A stretch of DNA of 64,000 nucleotides from Macrostomum lignano (taxonomy: Eukaryota). A model generated the notes under the pieces. It was given only the letters and a program-made list of their open reading frames with translations. It ran no database searches and was not told the origin of the DNA. The translations under genes and the position numbers were made by a program. The stretch is taken from NCBI GenBank assembly GCA_002269645.1, contig NIVC01001377.1, forward strand, positions 237,632-301,631. The letters run 5' to 3'. Shown here piece after piece: positions 49,501 to 60,698 of this stretch. The stretch's first letter is position 1. Each line of letters begins with the position of its first letter.

Positions 49501-52031
49501 ACTTCACTTCTATTCCCATTTAATCGGATCGGCAGGCTATGGACGTGTGGATGAGCATCTGCTTGCTATTCGTGTTTGCCTCCCTGCTCGAATTCGCAGT
49601 TGTCAACGTGTTCAGCCGAAAAGAAATCAGAAAAAAGTCTCAGGGCTTAAGTATTCTGTCTGAGACTGCTAAAGACTTTGAGGATTTGATATGCGCTCAG
49701 GTGAGTCCAATGCGATTGTATTTAAGCAATATTTCTGTATTGATACCCGAAGTTATCATGAAAGTCGTAAATTAACGACATTCAAAGAATAACAAAACAA
49801 TCAATTCATGCAGTATGCCCGTGGTGCAGAATCTAAGCAGGTAATGCTGCACTGGTCACCTTTTTGCTTCGAAGTTTTTCTTCCATTTATTCGGAAAATA
49901 TTTTTTCAACTAACCTTTTTCTCCTGGATTTTTCCTGTTAATTTGGCTTTGCCTAAACTTGCTTAGGGTCCATTATTATCCTTATTGTTTCTTTTCAACT
50001 TTCTCAGTACTCGCATCACTTTGTTGAAAACTAAACCTCATATTTCGGCAAACGGACCGCATATATGCAGGCCCTGACATCCATGGCCATAAAACCTCGA
50101 ATTTCGAGAACAATAAAATCGTCTGGTTCCGCCAGAGTTCGGAAAGCACCGGTAACAACTGCATTGCTTTTTCAGCTCGATTAGAGAAAAAAATAATATT
50201 GCCAAATTAAAACAGCCGTGTGACCAGCTATATTGCGTATAACGTTTACACCGCCGAATTGTATTTTACGAGCTGTCTTACTAATGCTGCTTGCAGTCAA
50301 CATTGCGCGAATTTTTATTACTTATATCTGATTAGCACTGACTTGCCAAACAATATTCCAACGTTCCGGCCGGCCTGCCACACCCTGCCTCCGGCCTGCC
50401 ACACCCTGCCTCCGGCCTGCCACACCTGCCTCCGGCCTGCCCCACCCCGGCTCCGGCTTGCCCCACCCCGCCTCCGGCCTGCCCCACCCCGCCTCCGGCC
50501 TGCCCCACCCCGGCTCCGGCTTGCCCCACCCCGCCTCCGGCCTGCCACACCTTGCCTCCGGCCTGCTACACCCTGCCTCCGGCCTGCCCCACCCCGCCTC
50601 CGGCCTGCCCCACCCCGCCTCCGGCCTGCCACATCCTGCCTCCGGCCTGCCCCACCCCGCCTCCGGCCTGCCACACCCTGCCTCCGGCCTGCTACACCCG
50701 CCTCTAGCCTGCCACACCCTGCCTCCGGCCTGCCACACCCCGCCTCCGGCCTGCCCCACCCCGCCTCCGGCCTGCCACACCCCGCCTCCGGCCTGCCCCA
50801 CCCCGTCTCCGGCCTGCCCCACCCCGCCTCCGGCTTGCCCCACCCCGCCTCCGGCCTGCCCCACCCCGCCTCCGGCCTGCCACACCTTGCCTCCGGCCTG
50901 CTACACCCTGCCTCCGGCCTGCCACACCTTGCCTCCGGCCTGCCCCATCCCGCCTCCGGCCTGCCACACCCTGCCTCCGGCCTGCTACACCCCGCCTCTA
51001 GCCTGCGACACCCCGCCTCCGGCCTGCCACACCCCGCCTCCGGCCTGCCCCACCCCGTCTCCGGCCTGCCCCACCCGCCTCCGGCTTGCCCCACCCCGCC
51101 TCCGGCCTGCCCCACCCCGCCTCCGGCCTGCCACACCTTGCCTCCGGCCTGCTACACCCTGCCTCCGGCCTGCCACACCTTGCCTCCGGCCTGCCCCATC
51201 CCGCCTCCGGCCTGCCACACCCTGCCTCCGGCCTGCTACACCCCGCCTCTAGCCTGCGACACCCTGCCTCCGGCCTGCCACACCCCGCCTCCGGCCTGCC
51301 AAACCCCGCCTCCGGGGCCTCCCCATCGCTGATTGGCTCCCCTTCGCTAATTGACCAGCCAATCAGCGACGTGCGCCAGACTGTACCATTTTTTCTACTA
51401 CATGTAATGGTCGAGAATGCAATCACAGTGTATTGTCGTTAGGTGACATGGAGCATCAAATCTTCTAAAGAACAACACCCAAATTTTGACTAAATGAATG
51501 AATTTTGTTGAAAAAAATTTAATAGAATCTGTTTGTATAGTAAAAAAATAAAGTCCATATACTAAAAATGGTCTGTCGGTAGGTATATGGGTATGTGATC
51601 GATTTTAGCAAAAACGGCTCAACCGATTTTCTTCGAACTTGTTTGCTACTAAATTTCCATAAAAATTGCTTACATGTTAATGTAGATTATAAATAACTAG
51701 TAAAAAGAGACAGTGAACTACCTAAATAGTAAACCGGACACCAATCCATCCCTAAATATATCGTCGGCAGGAAAATTTCTGGGACGAAAATCCTCACGAT
51801 TCAATGTCAATGTCGATGCGACGACACGTCGTTGGAGGTGGCGGCGGCAACAGCGATGGCGAAGGCGTCAGAGGCGGTCCATTTAGCGCGTACAGCCGTC
51901 GACAAGCGCACATCCGACGCGAGGAGATGCGTCAACGAGCCAGAGTGATTGACAAGCTGGCCAGGAAGCTGTTCCCTCTGGCATTCGTTCTGTTCAATGT
52001 TGTGTACTGGATCGGCTACAATTTGTGGTGA
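41711..52031 (+). CDS. Cys-loop (pentameric) ligand-gated chloride channel subunit, GlyR/GluCl-like, 10 exons, 451 aa
   Basis: Exons 41711-41829, 44225-44289, 45677-45744, 46584-46726, 47686-47775, 48376-48458, 48777-48908, 49039-49268, 49536-49700, 51771-52031; phases match (1356 nt). Signal peptide, [13 protein letters not shown], Cys-loop [15 protein letters not shown], loop-C disulfide [13 protein letters not shown]1-M4 and anion-selective PAR motif are present. Confidence 0.95.
42580..43560. repeat. CT-rich array (TCTCCTCTCCTTC variants) in channel intron 1
   Basis: Direct inspection. Confidence 0.95.
44225..44289 (+). CDS. Channel exon 2
   Basis: TTTCAG|[21 protein letters not shown]|GTGAGA; aligns with the GlyR YDARIRP region. 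Confidence 0.82.
45677..45744 (+). CDS. Channel exon 3
   Basis: TTTCAG|[22 protein letters not shown]|GTGAGC, 68 nt. Confidence 0.9.
46205..46535. repeat. (GACA)n with GACACTAAGAC interruptions, channel intron 3
   Basis: Direct inspection. Confidence 0.93.
46584..46726 (+). CDS. Channel exon 4
   Basis: [25 protein letters not shown]. Confidence 0.95.
46790..47620. repeat. 17-bp minisatellite TAGACGCTCCAGTTCTA, channel intron 4
   Basis: About 48 copies; the unit junction forms the palindrome TCTATAGA. Confidence 0.95.
47686..47775 (+). CDS. Channel exon 5
   Basis: [29 protein letters not shown]. Confidence 0.93.
48376..48458 (+). CDS. Channel exon 6 (Cys-loop)
   Basis: [27 protein letters not shown]. 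Confidence 0.95.
48777..48908 (+). CDS. Channel exon 7
   Basis: [26 protein letters not shown]. Confidence 0.93.
49039..49268 (+). CDS. Channel exon 8 (M1-M2)
   Basis: [49 protein letters not shown]. Confidence 0.96.
49536..49700 (+). CDS. Channel exon 9 (M3)
   Basis: [24 protein letters not shown]..|GTGAGT. Confidence 0.95.
50365..51315. repeat. 21-bp GC-rich minisatellite CCGCCTCCGGCCTGCCCCACC, channel intron 9
   Basis: About 45 copies; the marker CCTCTAGCCTG recurs at roughly 250-300 bp spacing. Confidence 0.95.
51554..51700 (+). mobile_element. Possible non-autonomous Helitron-like (Lep1/DINE-type) remnant
   Basis: Starts TCCATATACTAAAAATGG, contains AAAAACGGCTCAACCGATTTTCTT (resembles, from memory, the core of such elements) and ends CTAG|T; no subterminal hairpin seen. 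Confidence 0.35.
51771..52031 (+). CDS. Channel exon 10 (M4)
   Basis: GGCAG|[35 protein letters not shown]. Confidence 0.9.
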   Translation, partial: ENFWDENPHDSMSMSMRRHVVGGGGGNSDGEGVRGGPFSAYSRRQAHIRREEMRQRARVIDKLARKLFPLAFVLFNVVYWIGYNLW

Positions 52032-53167
52032 CGAATTTGCTTTTCCTTTAGTTAATTCGTATTTATTTTCAAATTAATATAACAAAAAATCCACAGATTT
52101 TGAATTCGATCAAATCAAAGAACGTTCAGTAATGACATTTTTAAAAACCGTGATATTAAAGCGTTATAAAACGGAATATTGGTATCGGTTAACTTTTCAT
52201 ATTGTTTGATAGTTGACCTTCTAGCGAAGCTTGACCGGTTGATAAACAATCATGCATGTTAAAAAGCCTGGCAATACTCAGGAAATTTACCCAATGAGAA
52301 ATAAAGTCGTTACGTTGAACCACTTTTGCTTTTATAAGAATACTGGCTAACCCAGCTGAGGAAATGAAGCGGCTATCGTATTGAATGCCTCAAATTACTA
52401 ACTTGATTTGATTTAATGAAAACGCTTTTAACGTCTTGTTTTACTACCTGCAACTAACTTTCTATTTATCTGTTTTTGATGGTCATTATTCGCAGAAAAC
52501 ACAACAGTGCAATTTGGAATCCGAGTTTCACTACACCATGACTGTTTATTAATGCTTCAGCTATTCCTCACAGGCACTAATTGATTCGCTTGAAATGGCA
52601 TTATCTGTTGATCACAAATATACCGAAAATTCACAGATTTATACGCAACAGTAACGTATAATTGCATTCAACCGAGAATGGTTCAATAAAACAAAAAAAG
52701 TTTCAAAAAGTTTCCATTTGGTAATGATTTTATGTAAATACGCTCTTATAAATTCTTAGCACTAAGGGTTATTTGGAACTTATATTTGCACATACTATAA
52801 CTACGAGCTACCATTGTTACAATTAGACTCAAAATACAGGATGGTTGCAGTTTTACTATGTATCGCATGTCTTTCTTTTTGTAGCTTTATTGTCCTCCAG
52901 CAATGCTTCTCTTTCAAGAGGTGAAAAATCTGCTTATTTTCATTGTTCGTTAACTAACTAATTATCAAAAAACTTCTATGCATTTGATACACTTTTCTGT
53001 CACATTGAAACGATCAAGAACATACATGTGAAATTCACTTCGGATAAAACAATCTCAGAGCGAGACAGGCATCTACAGATTCTGTAAAATTTCTGATCTA
53101 TTAGTGCAATTATCAATTTCAATCTAAAAATCGATAGAGTTGTACCGAAATAGAGAGAATTGCTTCA

Positions 53168-53173
53168 TTTATT
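53168..53173 (-). terminator. Putative polyadenylation signal (AATAAA) for the phosphatase gene
   Basis: TTTATT on + strand, about 150 nt past the stop at 53321. Confidence 0.35.
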
Positions 53174-53320
53174 GGGATTATATGGAGTTTTTGTTGTCAT
53201 TCCAGCATTTAGAGTTGAATTCAGGCTTTCAAAAAGTTCTTGATTTTGAGATTAGTGTTGAATCGTTTTTTGATTATTGATGCAATTAACTAGTGCGGGT
53301 TCAATCACGGATCGATCAGA

Positions 53321-55352
53321 TCAGTTCCAGCCGAAGGGTCCGTGCCTCTTCTGCACAACGGTGAAGCTGTCAATCACTTGGCCCTGCTTATCGTCGCTCA
53401 CCTGCTCCAACAAGGCGTGGCTGGCATTGAAGAATGTCACCCTCGTATAGCCATAGTCGGTGCTGCGAAACACGGAAAACTTCGGAGCCTTGTCAACAAA
53501 GTAGGCGTGCTTCTCCTTGTTGCCAGCCGACCCAGTAATCACGTGAACTGTTGCCCGCGGATTCGTGTAGGTCTTTGTGTCGCTTGTCTTGCCAACAACA
53601 GATCCGTTGTGCACTGGCCATGTGCGCTCGTACGAGTGCTCGTGGCCCCAGAAGGCCAAGTCCACTCCGTACTTGTGAATCAGCGGCTCCAGACCCCAGC
53701 GGTGCCCGTTGAATCCCGAGCGCAGAGTTCGGGCACCCCAGTCGCAGTCTCGACTGTCATTGTTTGAGCAGTACAGCGGCCGGTGGCCGATGAGCACGAT
53801 CCAAGGAGCCGCCGTGCGGTTGAGGTTCGCCTCGCGCAGATCGGCGTCCAACCAGCGGTATTGGCGGCCGAGCTGGGCGGTGCCGTAGTTGGTGAAGAAG
53901 TAAAACTCGTTGCTGATGCTCACCTGTAGGATTTTGTTTACAGTTTGGATATTGTTTACAGTTTGGATATTGTTTACAGTTTGGATATTGTTTACAGTTT
54001 GGATATTGTTAACAGTTTGGATATTGTTTACAGTTTGGATATTGTTTACAGTTTGGATATTGTTTACAGGTTGGATATTGTTTACAGTTTGGATATTGTT
54101 TACAGTTTGGATATTGTTTACAGCTTTGAATATTGTTTACAGTTTGGATATTGTTTACAGGTTGGATATTGTTTACAGTTTGGATATTGTTTACAGTTTG
54201 GATATTGTTTACAGCTTTGAATATTGTTTACAGTTTGGATATTACACAGTTTGGATATTGTTTACAGTTTGGATATCACACAGTTTTGATATTGTTTACA
54301 GTTTGGATATTACACAGTTTGGATATTGTTTACAGTTTGGATATCACACCGTTTTGATATTGTTTACAGTTTGGATATTACACAGTTTGGATATTGTTTA
54401 CAGTTTGGATATCACACAGTTTTGATATTGTTTACAGTTTGGATTAGATTCAGTTGAAATAGCTTGTGTTGCTTGCATTTCGTTCTATTTGGATTATATA
54501 AATCTTGGATTACCTATACGAGTATAAGAAGTGGCTCACCAGATGCACGGGTCCTATGTTGACGGAGTAGAAGAAATTCTCGCTGCTCCCGGGCATGCTG
54601 AACCGGTTCCGGTAGTGGGAGAAATTGTACTTCTCCTCGTGGTTGCCAACGCAGGTCATGTACGGCACCCGGCTGGCTATGGGCTGCAGCATCTGCATGA
54701 ACCGGTCTCCAACAGCCCCGTTCTCGTCCGGCATGTCGTAGGCAAAGTCGCCGACGTGAACAATTGCGTCGTACATCCGCTGCCTGGTGACGTCATCGAG
54801 TAGTCGCGGCAGAGACTGCGCATTGGCCAGGCCGAAATCGCCAAACACGGCGAAACTGCGTTGAGCTTGGCTGACATTCGGCACTCGGAATTCCATCGCT
54901 GGATACCAGACTGAGCCGTCACTGCTCACGCTGTAGTTGTACCTCTCGCCTGACGACAGGTTCAGCAGCTTGGCTCGGTGAATCCATTGCGCCGATTTTA
55001 GAGGCCCGCCGTCGACGAACTTCGTAGATCGAGCAGTGGCCAGCTGCCACGGCTGATGAGGCGGAGCTGAACAGGCACGGAATCGCGCTAGGGGCAAGGA
55101 GACTTTCGACACCGTGCTCCAGGTGACCACAATGTCGCGCTCTGTGTCGCCAAATGACAGGTGAATGTTGCGAGGCTCGGATGGTTCTTTGACACTTGGC
55201 AACCTGGGCACCGGGTACAGGGGCAGCCATCGGCTGGTTGACTGGATGTAGGCCCGACCTCCGATGGTTAAATCTCGGCCCAGAGCACCGCTGATGCAGC
55301 ACAGCAGCAGTAGAGCCAGCCTAGACCTGTGCAACTCTGTTAGCAAAGCCAT
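53321..55352 (-). CDS. ACP7: Secreted purple acid phosphatase type 7 (exons 55352-54540, 53923-53321; 471 aa)
   Basis: Signal peptide, FN3-like N-domain and all five PAP metal motifs: GDFG, GDFAY, GNHE, LIGH, GHEH. Phase-0 GT-AG intron at 54539-53924. Confidence 0.95.
53930..54445. repeat. 18-bp minisatellite GTTTGGATATTGTTTACA filling the ACP7 intron
   Basis: About 28 copies. Confidence 0.95.
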
Positions 55353-56379
55353 AATTATTAAATAACTAACTGATTCCGCACAAGCCTGATTCTGCTCCAG
55401 GTGTAAAGAAAGTCTTGCTATATATCAATCAAAACACGAAAGATCAAAGTTGAAGATTGTAAGTTTGCCAAGTGTTCATATCTTGATCACCTACAGGTTA
55501 TATACTGTAACTTCATCTAGGTATGCTGTTGGACAATTTGTTACACGCGATGGATCCGTGTAACAAGTCTAAAAATCTCTAACTTAAATTCAATGTCTTC
55601 ATAGGGAAATTCAGACAGAGTCAGAAAGACAAAATTCTTTTAACTTTCTACTGAGATTTTCAGTCAAAAGTAGTGCTAATAGCCTTTTTCGTTACAAAAC
55701 ATTGCATTTTGAGATATCACTACTTGCAGACTAACCTATTATAGAAAGCACTGAATTAGCCAACTCAACTATAAACTCTATTTATAGCTTAAAAATGGGA
55801 CTAAAAGAGGGAAGATAGGGCTAAGAACACTAGACTTTATTACTAATGTGCATCGGTTACGCAGAGATAGTACAGAGTGGAGTTGTATGTGTACTTCCCG
55901 AGGACAACCAATTCGAAATTTGCTTTGCTGAGCAGTTCGTGCCGAATTCACTCAAGGAAAAAACGGCAGAGCAGAGAGTGGGAGAGCACAGTTGAGCAAG
56001 TTCAACTTACTCATTTTCTTCGCATCTTGCCGGAGGGAAATAATTGAAGCAAGAAACCGATGTCAGTGCTGTGTGCGCGGTCAAGACATAGGAAAGAGAG
56101 AAGGCAGCTCAGCTTCATGCTCTCTCATTAGTCAGAAGAAGCTTTCACTTTCCTAAAAGACACTCGGGTTTCCTGAGGGGCTTCGGATTCCCTAAGCCGA
56201 AACAGTGGAAAGCTTACTGGCTGGTGCAGAGAGCTTCGTCTGTCGAACTAAAAGGGCTAAAAGTCGTCCAGTAGATCTGTTAGTGGAAGTCTGAGGGTGG
56301 CGAAACGCTAAATCTGATCATGGTTTCAGATCCGCTGCCATTACTGTGTACAAGTAACGCTGAGGCTAGCAATGTCACT

Positions 56380-57955
56380 CTGTCTTAGTGTCAGTATGCC
56401 TTAGTGTCAGTCTAAGGCACACTGACAGTGCCTTAGACAGTGCCCTAGACAGATGCACACTGACAGTGCCTTAGTGTCAGTGTGCATCGTAGTGTCAGTG
56501 TGTCTTAGTGTCAGTTTGTTTAGTGTCAGTGTGTCTTAGTGTCAGTCTGTCTTAGTGTCAGTCCATCATAGTGTCAGTGTTCTTAGTGTCAGTTTGTTTA
56601 GTGTCAGTGTGTCTTAGTGTCAGTCTGTCTTAGTGTCAGTCCATCATAGTGTCAGTGTTCTTAGTGTCAGTTTGTTTAGTGTCAGTGTGTCTTAGTGTCA
56701 GTCTGTCTTAGTGTCAGTCCATCATAGTGTTAGTGTTCTTAGTGTCAGTTTGTTTAGTGTCAGTATGTGTTAGTGTCATGTCAGTGTGTCTTAATGCCAG
56801 TCCATCGTAGTGTCAGTGCTCTTCTTGTCAGTTTGTTTAGTGTCAGTTTGTCTTAGTGGCAGTCTGTCTTAGTGTCAGTCCATCATAGTGTTAGTTTGTC
56901 TTAGTGTCAGTTTGTTTAGTGCCAGTTTGTCTTAGTGTCATTGTGTCCTTATGCCAGTCCATCGTAGTGTCAGTGCTCTTAGTGTCAGTTTGTTTAGTGT
57001 CAGTGTGTCTTAGTGTCAGTCTGTCCTATTGTCAGTCTGTCTTATTGTCAGTCTGTTTTATTGTTAGTCTGTCTTAGTGTCAGTTTGTTTAGTGTCAGTA
57101 TGTCTTGTGTCAGTTTGTTTAGTGTCAGTGTGTCTTAGTGTCAGTCTGTTTTATTGTTAGTCTGTCTTAGTGCCAGTGTGTCATAGTGTCAGTGTGTCTT
57201 AGTGTCAGTGTGTCTTAGTGTCAGTGTGTCTTAGTGCCAGTGCGTCATAGTGTCAGTGTGTCTTAGTGTCTTAGTGTCAGCATGTCTTAGTGTCAGTGTG
57301 TCTTCGTGTCAGTGTGTCTTCGTGTCAGTGTGTCTTTTTTTATTAGAGGCAGGGGGTTGTGTGCACCCTGGCGCACTTTAAGCGACATAGGCACACAACC
57401 GTCGAGAGGCATTACTGCCCATTCCGCCGACTCCCCTGAGCAGGCATACAAGCGCGCGGATACGTACGCAGGCACACACACTCACACAGGAGTGTACAGC
57501 GGCCCTAACTTTATATTATCGTTAGGCATGTACACTTCACTGCGCCTTAGGGGGTTGGCTCTCAAGGCCGTTAATTGCACGAGCAGAGCCAAGCCGAGAT
57601 TCCAATTCAGCCCCAAATTAATGTAACTGCACTTGGAATCGAGCCTGGGTCGCTGGCACACCAGAGCAGCTGCGCTTCCGCTGGGCTACGGCCCCCTGTC
57701 AGTGTGTCTTAGTGACAGTGTGTCTTAGTGACAGTGTGTCTTAGTGGCAGAGTGCCTTAGTGTCAGTTCGTCTTAGTGGCAGTTTGTCTTAGTTTCAGTT
57801 CATCTTAGTGTATTTAGTGTCTTAGTGTCAGTTTGTCTTAGTGGCAGTCTGTCTTAGTGTCAGTCCATCGTAGTGTCAGTCCATCGTAGTGTCAGTGTGT
57901 CTTAGCGTCAGTCTGTCTTAGTTTCAGTCTGTTTTAGTGTCAGTCTTAGTGTATT
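56380..57955. repeat. 16-bp satellite GTCTTAGTGTCAGTGT, interrupted by a SINE
   Basis: Direct inspection; the array resumes after 57696. Confidence 0.95.
57335..57696 (-). mobile_element. SINE family A, full-length copy inserted in the satellite
   Basis: Collinear with 37776-38131; T-rich tail at left, GGGGGCCGTAGCC head at right; flanking TGTCAGTGTGTCTT duplicated. Confidence 0.93.
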
Positions 57956-59124
57956 TGAGATCCTAGATGATTTGCAGAAAAGTCATGATGGTTGCTTGTG
58001 AGTTTCAGGTTTCAGGGTTAAGTCAGCTCGATGCCAAAGCAAATGAGAACTCAAGGCTTCGATTTTCGAAGGCGAAATTCAAGACATTCCGTTGTTTCTC
58101 GTTTACAGTCGTTTGTCAGTAGTAGCTACCATGATAATAATTCACTTTTTCTCAATGTCTCGATAGATCAGGACAGGTGAAATGTTCTCTCGACCTGTGC
58201 TCGTTGGGTCACAGGTGAGCGCAAGTTGTTGAGAGGAAGGAGGGAGGGAGGAACGGAGAGAAGGGGAGAGTGGCTGGTCAGGCAAACCTATCGCAGGCCT
58301 CCGCCCAAATTCTTATCTCCTGTTTTAAGAGTATTTGGCTAGAAGGGCTCGGAGCTTCGGTCGTGTATCTTGCTCTCAAATGAGCACCCTTATAGCTAGT
58401 ATTTATAGTGACTCGAAAGCTTGGCAATATTTTTCTTTCAATTGAGCCAAACAGCAAGTGAAAAGAAACGCGAAGCTTCATTCACTGAAGCAATACAAGT
58501 CAACAGTCCGTTCGAACTCCGAGTGCAGTGGCAATGTTTAGCCGGTAAGTAATCGCTGCACTAATCAGCCTCATTGATGCTTTATTTTGAATGAGCTGTC
58601 ATGCCCGTTCCACTGAACCCTGAGAACTTTTAAAGGTTTTGACTTTTAAATCGCCAGGGATGTAAACTCCGTGTCTTGGGAGTTGGCCATTGTACGGGTT
58701 TTTGTGACTACGATTCTGGATGCCAAAATGAAACCAACTTATTTCTGTTAAATTTAAATTCCTTAGTTCTGTAGATCAACCAATCAGTAATGTCGGAGGC
58801 TCAGTAGAGTAGGGTAGGGTAGAAATGCTTTGAGCACAACAACGTGTAGTTATTTGGCAACGAAGTGCTTTTCAATGCAACTCTTACAGAATATTTTTAG
58901 GCATGAATACTCTGAAATAGCGAAGGTTTCTTTGAGCAACTACGGCAGCTGTCATTTCGATAAGGAATAATTACAGCATCAGAATGAGCCATCGCTTTGT
59001 GCTATGCATAAATCAGTCATGATCGGTCGGGAAATTAGCGTGTTAGCTGCTCACTTATTCTTCAGAGAGGGCCTCAATACTTGCTCTTGTGTTTCAGTGA
59101 GTGCTCTCTTTATACAGAGCGTGT

Positions 59125-60320
59125 TATTTCCTCAGTAAGTGTTTCTCCCTCATTGAGTGCGCAACTTCCTCAGTGAGTGTGCTACTTCCTCAGTGGGTGT
59201 TGCTACTACCTCAGTGAGTGTGCTACTTCCTCAGTGAGTGTGCTACTTCCTCAGTGAGTGTTGCTACTTCCTCAGTGAGTGTGCTACTTCCTCAGTGGGT
59301 GTGCTACTTCCTCAGTGAGTGTGCTACTTCCTCAGTGAGTGTGTTACTTATTCAGTGAGAGTGCTACTTTCTCAGTGAGTGTGCTACTACCTCAGTGAGT
59401 GTGCTACTTCCTCAGTGTGTGTGTGCTACTTCCTCAGTGAGTGTGCCACTTCCTCAGTGAGTGTGCTACTTCCTCAGTGAGTGTGCTACTTCCTCAGTGA
59501 GTGTGCTACTTCCTCAGTGGGTGTGCTACTTCCTCAGTGAGTGTGCTACTTCCTCAGTGAGTGTGTTACTTCTTCAGTGAGAGTGCTACTTTCTCAGTGA
59601 GTGTGCTACTACCTCAGTGAGTGTGCTACTTCCTCAGTGAGTGTGCTACTACCTCAGTGTGTGTGTGCTACTTCCTCAGTGAGTGTGCCACTATCTCAGT
59701 GTGTGTGCTACTTCCTCAGTGAGTGTGCCACTACCTCAGTGTGTGTGCTACTACCTCAGTGAGTGTGCTACTACCTCAGTGAGTGTGCCACTTCCTCAGT
59801 GAGTGTGCTACTTCCTCAGTGAGTGTGCTACTTCCTCAGTGAGTGTGCTACTTCCTCAGTGAGTGTGCTACTACCTCAGTGAGTGTGCTACTTCCTCAGT
59901 GAGTGTGCTACTTCCTCAGTGAGTGTGTTACTTCTTCAGTGAGAGTGCTACTTTCTCAGTGAGTGTGCTACTACCTCAGTGAGTGTGCTACTTCCTCAGT
60001 GAGTATGCTACTACCTCAGTGTGTGTGTGCTACTTCCTCAGTGAGTGTGCCACTATCTCAGTGTGTGTGCTACTTCCTCAGTGAGTGTGCCACTACCTCA
60101 GTGTGTGTGCTACTACCTCAGTGAGTGTGCTACTACCTCAGTGAGTGTGCTACTTCCTCAGTGAGTGTGCCACTTCCTCAGTGAGTGTGCTACTTCCTCA
60201 GTGAGTGTGCTACTTCCTCAGTGAGTGTGCTACTTCCTCAGTGAGTGTGCTACTACCTCAGTGAGTGTGCTACTTCCTCAGTGAGTGTGCCACTATCTCA
60301 GTGAGTGTGCTAATTCCTCG
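59125..60320. repeat. 20-bp satellite CCTCAGTGAGTGTGCTACTT
   Basis: About 58 copies. Confidence 0.97.
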
Positions 60321-60698
60321 GCATAAATTCATGCTTTACTGAAGCCTCTGCTAACATCATCTGCAGGTGTTACCCAGCCTCGCTATTCTCGTTCGCGTGC
60401 CAAACGAAAGACGCACTAAGCAAAAAAATATTAACTGTCCCGAATCCTGCCCAAAGCTCTCATTTATCTCACTTTCTCAAAACCATCAGGCATGAATTTA
60501 AGACTTTGAGTAGCAAAATAAGATAAAATATTACTAGCGAAAAACTGAGTTCCATCCTAGAAATTTTTCTCGTCCAGAATTTCGATCAGCTGATCCTAAC
60601 CCCGTTTTCAACCATTGCCTCAAATTTACTGAGGGTTACAGCTAGTTCTAAAACTCTATCGAGAGAAAGTATATAATGGACGATTAGTTAACATCTTA

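Noticed and set aside
58190-58550. GTGAGC and GTAAGT donor-like sites as 5'UTR exons of the right-edge gene
   Set aside because: Motifs alone, without coding or transcript support.
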